Below, piece after piece: positions 25,816-38,303 of a DNA stretch of 64,000 bases. The position numbers were made by a program, and so were the translations under genes. Numbering within the stretch: position 1 is the first letter of the stretch; each line of letters begins with the position of its first letter. Below the pieces are notes generated by a model that was given only the letters and a program-made list of their open reading frames with translations, was not told where the DNA came from and searched no databases. Origin of the DNA: Octopus sinensis (taxonomy: Eukaryota); assembly GCF_006345805.1 (NCBI RefSeq), contig NC_043008.1, forward strand, positions 21,824,001-21,888,000. The letters are read 5' to 3'.

Positions 25816-26891
25816 TAATCAATATAGGGTGGCAAAAAATTCGTAGAATTTATTTGCCACCAGCGGCCTAGTGGAAAAAAATTAAATAGTCATAGACCAT
25901 TTATAAGTTCAACATCACAATCAAGGAATGGCCAAACAGGCCATTCACCCACTAGAAATAACAGCCAAAGCTTCAACCGCAAAATAACATTAATTCCGCA
26001 AACCAGGAGAAAATTAAAAAAACCTTTACCCTGTAATTTCTTATACGATGTACCGTTTCATCTATTGTTTAATGGTAAAAACCTGATTAAATTAAATCAA
26101 GCCAATCTTCCATAGGCCGATAGATTCGTCAGTAAGAAACAGCCAGATCCGAGCAGATATTATCACGAGGCACCTCTATCCTGCCTCGGCAATATCTGAC
26201 CTAAAATTTTCAAATCATCGCACTCGCGCCAAATTTATCGGCAGCAAATATAAGCCGCCGATTCCATTACGGAATTAACCAGAAAATTCATAATTAATCA
26301 AATAGGGTGGCAAAAAATTCGTAGAATTTATTTGCCACCAGCGGCCTAGTGGGAAAAATTAAATAGTCATAGACCATTTATAAGTTCAACATCACAATCA
26401 AGGAATGGCCATAACAGGCCATTCACCCACTAGAAATAACAGCCAAAGCTTCAACCGCAAAATAACATTAATTCCGCAAACCAGGAGAAAATTAAAAAAA
26501 ACATTTTTTGCCACCCTATATTGATTAATTATGAATTTTCTGGTTAATTCCGTAATGGAATCGGCGGCTTATATTTGCTGCCGATAAATTTGGCGCGAGT
26601 GCGATGATTTGAAAATTTTAGGTCAGATATTGCCGAGGCAGGGATAGAGGTGCCTCGTGATAATATCTGCTCGGATCTGGCTGTTTCTTACTGACGAATC
26701 TATCGGCCTATGGAAGATTGGCTTGATTTATTTAATCAGGTTAGTTTACCATTAAACAATAGATGAAACGGTGCATCGTATAAGAAATTACAGGGTAAAT
26801 GTTTTTTTTAATTTTCTCCTGGTTTGCGGAATTAATGTTATTTTGCGGTTGAAGCTTTGGCTGTTATTTCTAGTGGGTGAATGGCCTGTTA

Positions 26892-26892
<1 letters not shown>
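25816..26892. repeat. About 479-bp tandem unit (1.4 copies) followed by an inverted copy; about 385-bp near-perfect palindrome arms
   Basis: 25816-26294 repeats at 26295-26502; 26503-26890 is the reverse complement of 25935-26318. Confidence 0.92.
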
Positions 26893-26946
<54 letters not shown>

Positions 26947-26999
26947 TATGCAGATAATATATATATATATATAATACACATATATATATATATAGCATC

Positions 27000-27560
27000 T
27001 GCTTAGGGGTCCTGCTATCCTACATTCTAATAAGGTATCCAGTCCAACGTACATGGTGCTTGTGCCCCATCGCCGCAATACTCAAGATATTAACTTTCCT
27101 CAAGACATGTGTGTCTGGAGTTTTTAAGGTCCAGCCAGCATTCAGAATGCGTCTCAGACGTTGGACTGCACACCTTATTAGAATGAAGGATAACAGGGTC
27201 CCTAAAAAGATGTTATATAGGGAACTTGTTGGTGGAAAGAGACCCAGCAGAAAACAAGGCTTTGATTTAAGGACTGTGTCAAGTCCTCATTAAAGGCCTG
27301 TGATACGCAGGAGACCCACTGGGAGCGCATACCTGCCATCACCACAGATGGAGGAAGGAGGTTAAGGAGGGAGCGCTTTGCTAGCGTAGCGAATGTGGAA
27401 AGCTTGGTTTGCAATGTTTGCAGTCGTGTATGCTTTTCAAGAGCAGGGCTCATTAGCCACCAACAGAGCCATAAATGCAAAATTCAAGTTAGTTCTAGAG
27501 CGCACAATGTTCATAAAGGCCAGCAATGGTCTTCCTCAGTTACGAGTGGACGGCCATCAT
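27000..27560 (+). pseudogene. RTE-clade LINE 3' end
   Basis: RLRRWTAHLIRMKDNRVPKKMLYRELVGGKR..FKDCVKSSLKAC (frameshifted) and terminal CNVCSRVCFSRAGLISHQQSH zinc-finger-like motif. Confidence 0.85.
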
Positions 27561-28049
27561 ATATATATATAATCAAATGAGTAATAACATACATACACAC
27601 ACACACACATAGTCACATGTGTATGTATGTATGTGCGCACACGTGCAACGTGCATAGGTAAACCATGATCTTTACACACGCAGACGAGGGTCGATTCATA
27701 AAAAAAAGAAAGTGAACAAAATGAAATACTTATAGGAAAACATTGCATAGTACTGAAGTGTTTTCAACGTCTCTCAATGGTGGCAGGTGAATAAAACGTA
27801 CTGTAGTTCATTGTAGGATATAAATGATATAACTACTTGCTTATCGGGAAATTTGTAAGCTTGATTTTTGGGGATTTTCTTATTTATGTTATTTTTTTAA
27901 GTATCACCATTATAGGTATTTATACTCCGGTGAAATTAAGAGATCAACTCGTAAATATATGAAATCCTCGAATCCATCACTGTACACATACATACCCGCA
28001 TACACACAATAGGATATGTATGTATGTATTTATGCATGTTTGAAGATGA

Positions 28050-28210
28050 TCATTCCAAATTTTCATCATTTTGAGCCACTCACCCAATGAGCATTTCAAC
28101 CAAATTTGGTGAAAATCCGTTCAGCCGTTTTCCAGTAGTTTTGCAAACACACAGATAAAGACAAGTGATAACAATAGACTCCTTTCGCTTACGCGCACAG
28201 GGTAACAAAT
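28050..28210 (+). mobile_element. Helentron/HINE-like 3' segment (tentative)
   Basis: CCAAATTTGGTGAAAATCCGTTCAGCCGTTTT...ACACACAGA resembles DINE/HINE-type subterminal sequence (recognition only). Confidence 0.4.
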
Positions 28211-28414
28211 CAATCAATAACATATTTCTGTTCAATGTTTATGACTTCTTTGCCAACGTTCTACTAACATGCCAACACCTCAATGGCAGAAATCACTGGA
28301 TCTTGACTCTTATAATTCATCGAACCACATTTTCAGCTCCATGTCACTGTTGAACAAAACGTCATGCACACCGTTGGAAAACAACGGGTATAAGATTATA
28401 ATCTGAAGGCGATA

Positions 28415-29040
28415 TACTAGGAGAATGCTATCGGTGTTGTAGAACTTCCCAGCTAAGCTTTTGAATTGCAGTTTCGGTCAAATTATTGACATGGTGCCGA
28501 GCTTTGGTGTGTTGAAGAAGCACGTTGCGTCGGTGGTCGGGTCGTTTCAGATGATTGCCTAGATGAGACGCTACATTTTCTGAACGTAAAGGTTTCCATA
28601 AACTCATCAAGTGTAAGTGACGGGCGACGGTGTCATAAGACCCTGCCATCTGTTGGGTCAATTCTCAAAGTGGTTTGGCAAAGATCGTCATGGGTGACAT
28701 TGTTCAATCGATTCTCGTTGAACTGAACAGGTCAGTCGGATCGCGTAGGATCTTTGAGGTCAAATTTCCACTCCTTGAAGCTTGAAAACTATTTCTGTGC
28801 CGTTCTTTCAAACGTAGCACCTCTGTACACAGCACAAACGCCTCGAGTAGTTTTGGTAGCTTTGAAAGTTTGAATGAAAGGAAGAGACGCAGGTGTCAAA
28901 AATGATCTTTTGGGGGAGTTTTTTGTGCTTTGCACACCGTAGTCTGAAAAGAGATAAAATTTATTCAATTTCAAAAACGATAAACAAAAGTGGCAGAGGA
29001 AGAGGAAACCTAAAAAGAACCTAAAATACAACGATAAAAA
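28415..29040 (-). mobile_element. Internally deleted, decayed mariner
   Basis: KATKTTRGVCAVYRGATFERTAQK..FDLKD at the N-terminus and LKRPDHRRNVLLQHTKARHHVNNLTETAIQKLSWEVLQH (decayed QHDNARPH..WEVLPHP). Confidence 0.75.
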
Positions 29041-29162
29041 CCATTTTTCTTGTTAATTCAAAGAACACTGGAAACAAAGGAACGAAAATATCTGAGAACC
29101 CAATAAGTTCTTGCTATAATTGGTTTGCGTACAGAAGCACAGCGTGTTGCTGTTGTGTGTGC

Positions 29163-29203
<41 letters not shown>

Positions 29204-29723
29204 TGTGTGTGTGTGTGCGTGTGTGTGTGTGTGTGTATATGTTTGTGTGTAGGGGGGAGAGGGTACATAGAGAGATAGGGGGCACTGAGAGAGAGAGGCG
29301 GGGTACAGAGATAGAGAGAGAGATCTTGATAAAAGAATTAACTACAATTTTTTTTAATTAACTTTTTTTTCTGTGGATCCCAGTGAGTTTCAAGTCAGCC
29401 AACCACCACCAACAGCACCATCATCACCATCATCCTCATCATCATCAACAACAACACCGTTGTCATCTTATTCCTGTGAGGTAACTGAATCGAGTCGCAT
29501 CCATCACCACCACCATCTTCATTATCTCATCCCTGTAAAGTAATAGCGCTAAGTCAACCAGTACCATTGCCACCACCCGCAACCACCCGCCACTACCACC
29601 ACCACCGCCGCCTTCATCACCCTACCTGGGTAAGATAATAATGCTGCCCCATCGCCATCATCTTACTCTGTCCATAAGTAACATTAATTCAGTCACCAAT
29701 ACCTTCCTAATATTACTTCCTAA

Positions 29724-30030
29724 AAAGGGTAAAGACCCCTTCCGTCACTGATGTCATGGGATTGCATCTAGAAAGTTCCCTTCTGTGACACCTGTCCAGA
29801 CAAGGTTGTTTATGGAAGATCAGGTGTCACCCATGCATACCAGCCTCCTCTTTTCACGCTACCGAAGTTATCCAAGGGAAAGGCATAGGTCGATACAAGC
29901 AAATCTGTGGTATTGAGCAGAATATTTGCTGTAGCCCATCTTTTATACCAAGACAAAACAATGTACATGATAACACTTCCAATCAGTTAAGATCAGAAGC
30001 CATGAGAGCCATTGACTGGTACTGCATCTA
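29724..30030 (-). mobile_element. SINE related to family C (shared 3' end)
   Basis: AAGGGTAAAGACCCC..CATGGGATTGCA.CTAGAAAGTT matches 52476-52540. Confidence 0.65.
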
Positions 30031-30031
30031 T

Positions 30032-30117
30032 TATTATTATCATCATCATCATCATCGTCATCGCCATCATCGTCGTCGTCGTTATCATCATCGTCATCGT
30101 CATCATCATCATCATCG

Positions 30118-30149
<32 letters not shown>

Positions 30150-30345
30150 GTCATCGCCATCGTCGTCGTCGTCGTTATCATCATCGTCATCGTCATCATC
30201 ATCATCATCATCATCATCATCGTCATCGCCATCGTCGTCGTCGTCGTCGTCATCATCATCAACATCATCATCATCATCATCATCGTCATCATCATCATCA
30301 TCATCGTCATCGCCATCGTCGTCGTCGTCGTCATCATCGTCATCG

Positions 30346-30395
<50 letters not shown>

Positions 30396-30463
30396 GTCAT
30401 CGTCATCATCATCATCATCATCATCATTATTATTATTATTATTATTATCATTATTATTATTAT
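30032..30463. repeat. (CAT)n/(CGT)n/(TAT)n microsatellite
   Basis: Directly visible; source of poly-His/Met/Ile pseudo-ORFs. Confidence 0.95.
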
Positions 30464-30465
30464 AT

Positions 30466-30690
30466 CAAGGGGCGGCGAGATGGCTGAATCGTTAGCAGGC
30501 CGGGCAAAACGCTTCGCGGCATTTCGTAAGCCTTTGCGATCAGAGTTCAAATCCCGGCGAGATCAACTTTGCCTTTCATCTTTCGGGATCGATAAAATAA
30601 GTACCAGTTGAGCACTGAGCGTTGAGTCAATCGACTTCGCTCGCCCCCCCCCCCCATGAAAATTTCAGACCTTTTGCTTCTTGGTGAAAG
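30466..30690 (+). mobile_element. SINE family B, tail type 2
   Basis: Family B head and core; tail AAAATTTCAGACCTTTTGC. Confidence 0.8.
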
Positions 30691-30818
30691 TCTTATTATA
30701 TGCGTGTTTGTATATTATTTTATGGTTGTATATGTGTGCATTGTTGTTCTGTCTGTATGTCGCGTTGTGTGTGCGTGTGTTTGATATTGTATGTACGTGT
30801 GCATATTTATGTGTGCTA

Positions 30819-31160
30819 GGCGCATGGCTCAGTGGTTAGAGCGTCGAGCTTACGATCGTGAGGTTGTGAGCTCGAATCCCGGACCGGGCTGCGTGTTGTG
30901 TTCTTGAGCAAGGCACTTTATTTTCACGTTGCTCCAGTTCATTCAGCTGTAGAAATGAGTTGCGACGTCACTGGTGCCAAGCTGTATCGACCTTTGTCTT
31001 TCCCTTGGAAAACACTGGTGGCGTGGAGATGGGAGGCCGGTATGCATGGGCGACTGCTGGTCTTCCATAAACAACCTTGCCCGGACTTGTGTCTAGGAGG
31101 GTAACTTTCTAGGTGCAATCCCATGGTCATTCATGACCGAAGGGGGTCTTTACCCTTACC
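30819..31160 (+). mobile_element. tRNA-headed SINE, family C
   Basis: GGCGCATGGCTCAGTGGTTAGAGCG...CTCGAATCCCGG head and CTTGAGCAAGGCACTTTA central motif; close minus-strand copy at 52476-52808. Confidence 0.9.
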
Positions 31161-31164
31161 CATG

Positions 31165-31675
31165 AAATGTATGTGGTGCCACTGTGTTGTTGGTTGTATG
31201 TTATGTAAGTTTGTTGCTGTAGAGCACTTGCGTGTGTATCTGTGTATGTCTTGTGTGCGCAGTGTTCATGCAGCTGTATGCGTTTATATACATTATATGT
31301 GTATGATACTGTGTGTCAGTGTGTTATTGCATGGCAGTTGGTGTGTACCACCGTGTGTGTATATATTTGTCTGTGCACTATGTATGTTTGTCTCTGTATT
31401 ATGACTGTATGTGCTGTGCGTGTGTAGTTGTGGTTAGTTATTGTTTGAGTGCGTTTATGTGTTGTGTATGCCTGTGTCTTCGTCTTTTGCATGTGTGTGT
31501 ATGTGTGTGTGTATGTGCTTTCATGTGTGCATGTGTGTGTTGTGCTTGCTGTGCGTATGTATCGTTGTTTGAAATATATATATTGTTGCATTAAGGTTGC
31601 GTGTACAATGTATTGTGATATGTCAGTTGTGTGCTATTAAGTTGTGATTTTTGTGTTTCGTTCAGTTGTACTTGT

Positions 31676-31752
<77 letters not shown>

Positions 31753-31800
31753 ATGCTCGTGTGTATGCGTGCGCGTTGTTTAGTGTATGCGTATTTATGT
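31165..31800. repeat. Degenerate TG-rich low-complexity tract
   Basis: Directly visible. Confidence 0.85.
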
Positions 31801-32910
31801 AAGTGTATTTTTAAAAGTCCAACATTGAAAATAAATGTAGCTTTTATCGAACATTCTGTCTGCCATTAACGCCAAATTTGGCGCTTTGAATATCCTATTG
31901 GTGTATTTATAGGATTTTAAAACAAAGTGTAATTAACGAGAGAAAAATTATAGATAATCCTGTAAGAGCTTCGGTTAAATAGTCTCCCATAAGATTTAAG
32001 TGTGAAAGGTCATTTGGGGTGGGGATCCAATTTGTTAATCAAATTCTAGTGTCAACGCGAAATCATTGCTGGTGCTATTATTCTGTGCTATTAATACATT
32101 TACGTACTATTTCTAGCAGATTCGAAATTATTTTCTATTTAATTATAAAGATTCGAAACATTTGTATACAGTTACGTGTGTTCTATACGCATGATTGTAT
32201 TCATGCATGTACACACATACAGATATGCACATACACACGCGCACACAAATATATCTGCATACATACATACACAAACACACATATAGTACATATGAACATA
32301 TATGTATTTGTATATATATATATACATACATTATATATATATATATACGTTCGTATATGTAAGTATTCGTATGTGATGTATATTTGTATTTATATGCTGT
32401 GTATATTCCACTGATGGCGAATTATCCAGTGATTTTTTGTTAGTTTATTTTGTTTTTTTGTCTTCTCTCCTGGGGCTGGCGCTGTATGAACTTTGAATGT
32501 GGTTTTAGAGTCAAGTTTTGGCTGCTATTTCAAGCGTGGTGGTATCTCTTAGATATCCTAAATTAAAATTTTAATAATGATTATTACCGTTGAAGGTTTT
32601 TATTCCCATGCTGTCCACTTGATAAGATCGGTATTTAAATAACGATCTTATCCTTATTCATATATATATATATATATACGCGAGAAAGAAGCAACAGAAT
32701 GGATAGGTATTTAGTACGATCGTTTCATACAAGGAAGGTTTTATTAAAGTTGCAAAGATTACAGCATATAAACGAGTCCCGTACTCATCAGCTAAAATAC
32801 ATGTAAGTTCTCTAGACATCCTAGTGTTTGAGGCTATACTCATGAAGTAATGTAGATAATTAAACAGATTTCTAAGTTCATAAAGTTCTTTAAATATATA
32901 TATATATATA

Positions 32911-32970
<60 letters not shown>

Positions 32971-33134
32971 TATATATATATACGTGTGTTTGTAAATATA
33001 TACCATTACACATGCACATATACATATGCGTGTGTATAAGTACATACACATATATGTATAAATTTATATATATATTTACATATATATATTCACACACACA
33101 TACACACGCACACACACACATGTTTACATATATA

Positions 33135-34497
33135 GAGGGTGTTTCAAAAAAGTTGATATCACTTGAGACGTAAATATCACAGAAACTACATAGTCAAAGC
33201 AAATGAAACTAAACAGGCTTAATGTTGAGCAACATAAGATTTATTCCTCCAAATTTGAATGAGAAATTCAAAGGTATGTGGATTCCATGAACAATTTCAC
33301 AAATGTTCTATATCCACACCACTTGAGACACGGCACTCGTCATGTCGGTAGTCCAGTTCCTCCCAAACACGCTGCAGCATGTCTTGGGTAACAGTCTCCA
33401 GTGTGGTAGTGATTCTCTGCTCGAGTTCCTCTAGGTTTGCAGGAAGAGGGGTGACATAGACCAGGCCCTTCACATAGCCCCAGAGAAAAAAATCGCAAGG
33501 TGTCAGGTCAAGTGAACATGGCGGCCATTTCAACAGCACATTGTCTTCATCATCAGCACGCCCGATCCATCTCCCCTGCAGATTGTCATTGGGATAAGCC
33601 CGCACAATGAGCTTCCGGTGAGGTGTAGCCCCTTCCTGTTGAAAAATGAAGTCTTCGTGTTCATTTGCAATGAACTCATTCATTAGCCAGTTCCGAAGCA
33701 TTTGCAGATAAACATCGCCGGTCACATTTCTCTCAAAGAAAAACGGGCCATGAAGATGCTTCTTGGAGATGACGCAGAGCACATTCACTTTTGGTGGGTC
33801 CTTCTGATGCTCAATTGTAACATGGGGATTTTCTTCACCCCAAATACGAACATTATACTTATTGACTTTGCCATTCGTATGAAATGTGGCCTCATCACTG
33901 AAAACAAGAGTTCCTTGAATTCGACTTCTTCAAGTTGCTCTTGCACATCATCACAGAATTGTTTGCGCTTTCGCTTGTCATCTGCCGTTATAGCCTGAAC
34001 GAGTTGCAGCTTGTAGGTCTTCATTAGTTAAGCTTTCCTCAGGACGCGCCAAACTGTCGTTGAAAGAATATGGGTTTCCAAACTTGTTCTTCTTATGGAC
34101 TTCTGGGGGCTTCCCAAGAGTTTTTGGCGAACCCGCTCGACCGTCTCTTCCGATGTTAGTGGTCGTCCAAATTGTTTTACCCTGCACAGATAGCCTTCCT
34201 CTTTGAATTTGTTGTGCCATGTACAAATCTGCATTGCTGTTGGTGACGTTTTAGAGACTCTCTCAAAATGTTCTCGCTGCAAAGTCTTGTTCGACTGTGT
34301 TCAAGCTTACTCTAATACACAAAACACCTTTTTTCTTCCAGTGAATGCCATTTTTATACTTGAAAAGATAAACATATCAAACATGAAACATAACATTTTG
34401 ACCTGTTTCTACACATGTCAAAATTTGAAGACATTTGAACAAGAACTGGCAAAGTTATTAGATTGCGACCTAATATCAAATCTTATGAAACACCGTT
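33135..34497 (-). mobile_element. Full-length rosa-like Tc1/mariner transposon
   Basis: Imperfect TIRs GAGGGTGTTTCAAAAAAGTTGATAT and AACGGTGTTTCATAAGATTTGATAT (reverse complement); TA flanks at 33133-34 and 34498-99. Confidence 0.85.
33297..34351 (-). pseudogene. Inactivated rosa-like transposase
   Basis: ATG at 34351 (MAFTG..FCVLE), HTH region, FSDEATFH (frameshifted), FQQ[E]GATPH, WIGR, WPPCSLDLTPCDFFLWGYVK; several stops and frameshifts. Confidence 0.9.
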
Positions 34498-34594
34498 TAT
34501 ATATATACAGGGAGTTTCAAAAAAGTATATATGCATATACATACATACATACATACATACATACATACATACATACATACACACATACATGCAT

Positions 34595-34660
<66 letters not shown>

Positions 34661-35029
34661 GTATATATATATATATACATATATAGCCAATGTGCTGTTC
34701 AGTGGTTGAATACAAAGGAAAGGTCACCGTGAGATCGATTGTAGATGACCGGATCAAACTTTCAATTATTATACATTATTATTCTTTACTGTCACCTGGT
34801 TTAAATAGTTTTGTGGCATTGTTTCTGTACTCATGCCAGAGTACAAGAAGTTTTTACAATTCCTTATGCAAGGGAGAATAACAGCAAACCGTTGTCTTAT
34901 TTCATCATATTACAATAGTGGAGAGCCAATATATTTCAGTCGATTAAAATTACAATCGTAATGAGAAGGAAACAAAGTGCAAGAGGGACGAACCTATAAT
35001 ATTAATATCAATTAAAATTAATATATATA

Positions 35030-35208
35030 GGCGTAGGAGTGGCTGCGTGGTAAGTAGCTTGCTTAAGAACTACATGGTTCAGGGTTCAGTCCCACTGCGT
35101 GGCACCTTGAGCAAGTGTCTTCTACTATAGCCTTGTGAGTGGATTTAGTAGACGGAAACTGAAAGAAGCCTGTCGTATATATATGTATGTATGTATATAT
35201 ATATATAT

Positions 35209-35250
<42 letters not shown>

Positions 35251-35478
35251 CGTGTGTATGTTTGTGTGTCTGTGTTTGTCTCCCAAGCATCGCTTGACAA
35301 CCGATGCTGGTGTGTTTACGGCCCGTAACATAGCGGTTCGGCAAAAAGAGACCGATAGAATAAGTACTGGGCTTCCAAAGAATAAGTCCTGGGGTCGATT
35401 TGCTCGACTAAAGGCTGTGCTCCAGCATGGCCGCAGTCAAAAGACTGAAACAAGTAAAAGAGTTAAAAGGGTAAAGAG
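35030..35478 (+). mobile_element. SINE family A, full length
   Basis: Head, internal (TA)/(TG) tract, body and AAGTAAAAGAG tail. Confidence 0.9.
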
Positions 35479-36262
35479 TATAGTAATATTAACATTAGTA
35501 ATAAAATTGATTAGAAATAGCACGCCGGCAATGCATTGGATCGTAGGTTTCATCTCGGCAGTAAAATGACACGATAACGACTCCGAACATGTTTCGGCAT
35601 TATTAAACCTCACCAGTGATGCACAGTATTTACTAATAATGCTTGAGAAAGATATAGATTCTTTATGAATAAACATTGCGTAGTCTGATAAATTGTATTA
35701 AGGACTTGTGAAAAAACACCCTAATTCCTTTTGTCGTATTAGTGTACAATTATTTTATTGTTTTCAACAACAAACTAACACCGTTTTCCCAACGGTATTT
35801 GAACTTAGATATTTAACACGAACAAAAGTTGTCGCGATGAAAGAAGATTCCAGTATTGCTGTCTGCTCAGCTGGATTGCTTCTTATCTATTTTACATGTT
35901 TCCAAAACTTTAGCTTATCTTAATTTGAGAGGTTTCTGCAGGTAGGTAGGTCATAAAGACACAACAAAGGCTACATATGAAATTAGCTTCATAAAATATC
36001 AGAGATATTTATACAGAACAGTAGATAACCCCGCACTCGTACCAACGTACATTATTAAATGCTACATTATCTACTACGATGCATTAAGTTTGTAAATATG
36101 CTGTTCTCTTAGTTTATTTTTACAATACACGAAACGAATATTCGCGGGGGAAGAGGCATTGTTGCTTAAATAATAAGCATATTATTGTTATTGATTTTTT
36201 ATCAAATAACCTTTATATTCTATTAACTGAAATAACAATAAAATATTTAAAACAAATATCTG

Positions 36263-36321
<59 letters not shown>

Positions 36322-36464
36322 GCATTTGACGCAGAAAGAAATGAGAGTGACGTATTAGCAAGAGGAACGGCGCACTAGACCAAATTCCTGACAGAACTTT
36401 AACCTGTCTTTCTGATTTCAAAATCCTGCTGGCAGAATCTGAAGAAATATTGGGTCCGAATTCT

Positions 36465-37045
36465 GGCACAAGCTAGCAGTTTCAGGAGTAGGGTGGGAAC
36501 TAAGTCGATTACATCGACCCTAGTGCTCACCTGGTAGTTATCTTATCGACCCCGAAACGGATGAAAGGCGAAGTGGACGTCGGCAGAGTTTGAACTCAGA
36601 ACGTAAAGTTGGACAAGATGCTGCTAAGCCTTTTGCCTGCCATGCTAACGGTTCGGCCAGCTTGCCGCCTTGATTTCGACAAGATGCAAAGGAACCTAAA
36701 TAAGGCGGTGAACTGGCAGAATTGTTAACACGCCGGATTAAATGCCAAGCAGCATTTCGTCCGAGCTTAAATTCTGTCGAAGTCGACTTTGGTCTTTTAT
36801 CCCTTCGGAGTCGATAAAATAAGTACATGTTGAACCCTAGGGGTCGATCTAATCGACGCACCTCATCATTTAAAATTGCTGGCTTTGCGCCAGTATTTGA
36901 AACAAATATTTAGTGGTTGTATTCCATCGAGTTTGTCTTTCATTCTTTCGGGATCGATAAGTACCAGTTAAGCACTGGGGTCGTTTTAATCCACTACCTC
37001 CTCCATCCACAATTGCTAGCCTTGTGTAAAAAATTGAAACGAGCT
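36465..37045. mobile_element. Three SINE family B copies (one minus, two plus; head-to-head pair)
   Basis: Minus copy about 36465-36670; plus copies about 36701-36910 and 36915-37045. Confidence 0.75.
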
Positions 37046-37107
37046 TTCTTTGCCACACAACCATGCTTACTAAGTATTTTATTTATTTATTTATTTATTT
37101 ATTCATG

Positions 37108-37395
37108 CGCCCTTTTTCAAGCCTAGCCAGGCTCATGCGCCCAGTTTCCCGATTTCTGTGGCGTATGTGTCCCCCAGCTGGACGGCACGCCAGTCCATCG
37201 CAGCGTTACCCAAGAAACACAAAGAAAGATTTAGGTGAGAGAAAGTTGTGGCGAAAGAGTACAACAGGGGTCGTCACCACCCCTTGCCGGACCCTCGTGG
37301 AACTTTAGGTGTTTTCGCCCAATAAACACACAACGCCCGGTCCGGGAATCGAAACTGCGATCCTCCGACCGCGAGTCCGCTGCCTAACCACGGCC
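37108..37395 (-). mobile_element. SINE related to family D
   Basis: Head GCAGCGGACTCGCGGTCGGAGGATCG and CTCTTTCGCCACAACTTT shared with 4033-4335; 3' part differs. Confidence 0.75.
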
Positions 37396-37440
37396 TTGTT
37401 ACTTTGCCTTATTATTTTCTCTTCCTTCGTTCCTGTTGCG

Positions 37441-37540
37441 NNNNNNNNNNNNNNNNNNNNNNNNNNNNNNNNNNNNNNNNNNNNNNNNNNNNNNNNNNNN
37501 NNNNNNNNNNNNNNNNNNNNNNNNNNNNNNNNNNNNNNNN
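37441..37540. other. Assembly gap (100 N)
   Basis: Directly visible. Confidence 1.
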
Positions 37541-37755
37541 ACAATTCCAGTCTGTTATATATTTTCAGTATTGTTATCACTAGCGATATCAGATATAACT
37601 TTGTGTTTTGTATTTTATGTGTAGATGTATTATATAGATGTACATGTAATATGTACATATATATATACACATATATACATGCACTAGCACTATATATTAT
37701 ATATATATAGTTGATAATGTTTCATTTATAAAATCTTTCTTCAAATAATGCTAGA

Positions 37756-37797
<42 letters not shown>

Positions 37798-37799
37798 TA

Positions 37800-38000
37800 T
37801 TCTTACTCTTTTACTCTTTTCAATCAATTGACTGGGGTTCCCTGCTAAAGCACCGCTTTTAGTCGAACAAGTCGACCCCAGGACTTATTCTTTGGAAGCC
37901 TAGTACTTATTCTATCGATACCTTTTGCCGAACCGCTAAGGTACGGGGACGTAAACACAATAGCATGTTGGGCGGGGGGCAAGCACACAACAATTCACAC

Positions 38001-38079
<79 letters not shown>

Positions 38080-38240
38080 TACGACGGGTTTCTTCCAGTT
38101 TCCGTCACCAATCTACTCACAAGACTTTGGTCGACCCGAGGCTATAGTAGAAGACACATGCCCAAGGTGCTACGCAGTGGTACTGAACCCGGAAACATGT
38201 GGTTCTTAAGCAAGCTACTTAACACACAGCCACGCCTACG

Positions 38241-38243
<3 letters not shown>
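37800..38243 (-). mobile_element. SINE family A, full length
   Basis: Matches 325-729; embedded in (TA)n. Confidence 0.88.

Positions 38244-38303
<60 letters not shown>

Noticed and set aside
29993-30611. Poly-His, poly-Met and poly-Ile ORFs resembling metal-binding proteins
   Set aside because: (CAT)n microsatellite plus SINE sequence; no splice or codon evidence.
32770-32800. Hammerhead-like CTGATGAGT-acggg-ACTC on the minus strand
   Set aside because: GAAA is replaced by GTTT and there is no stem I or III.
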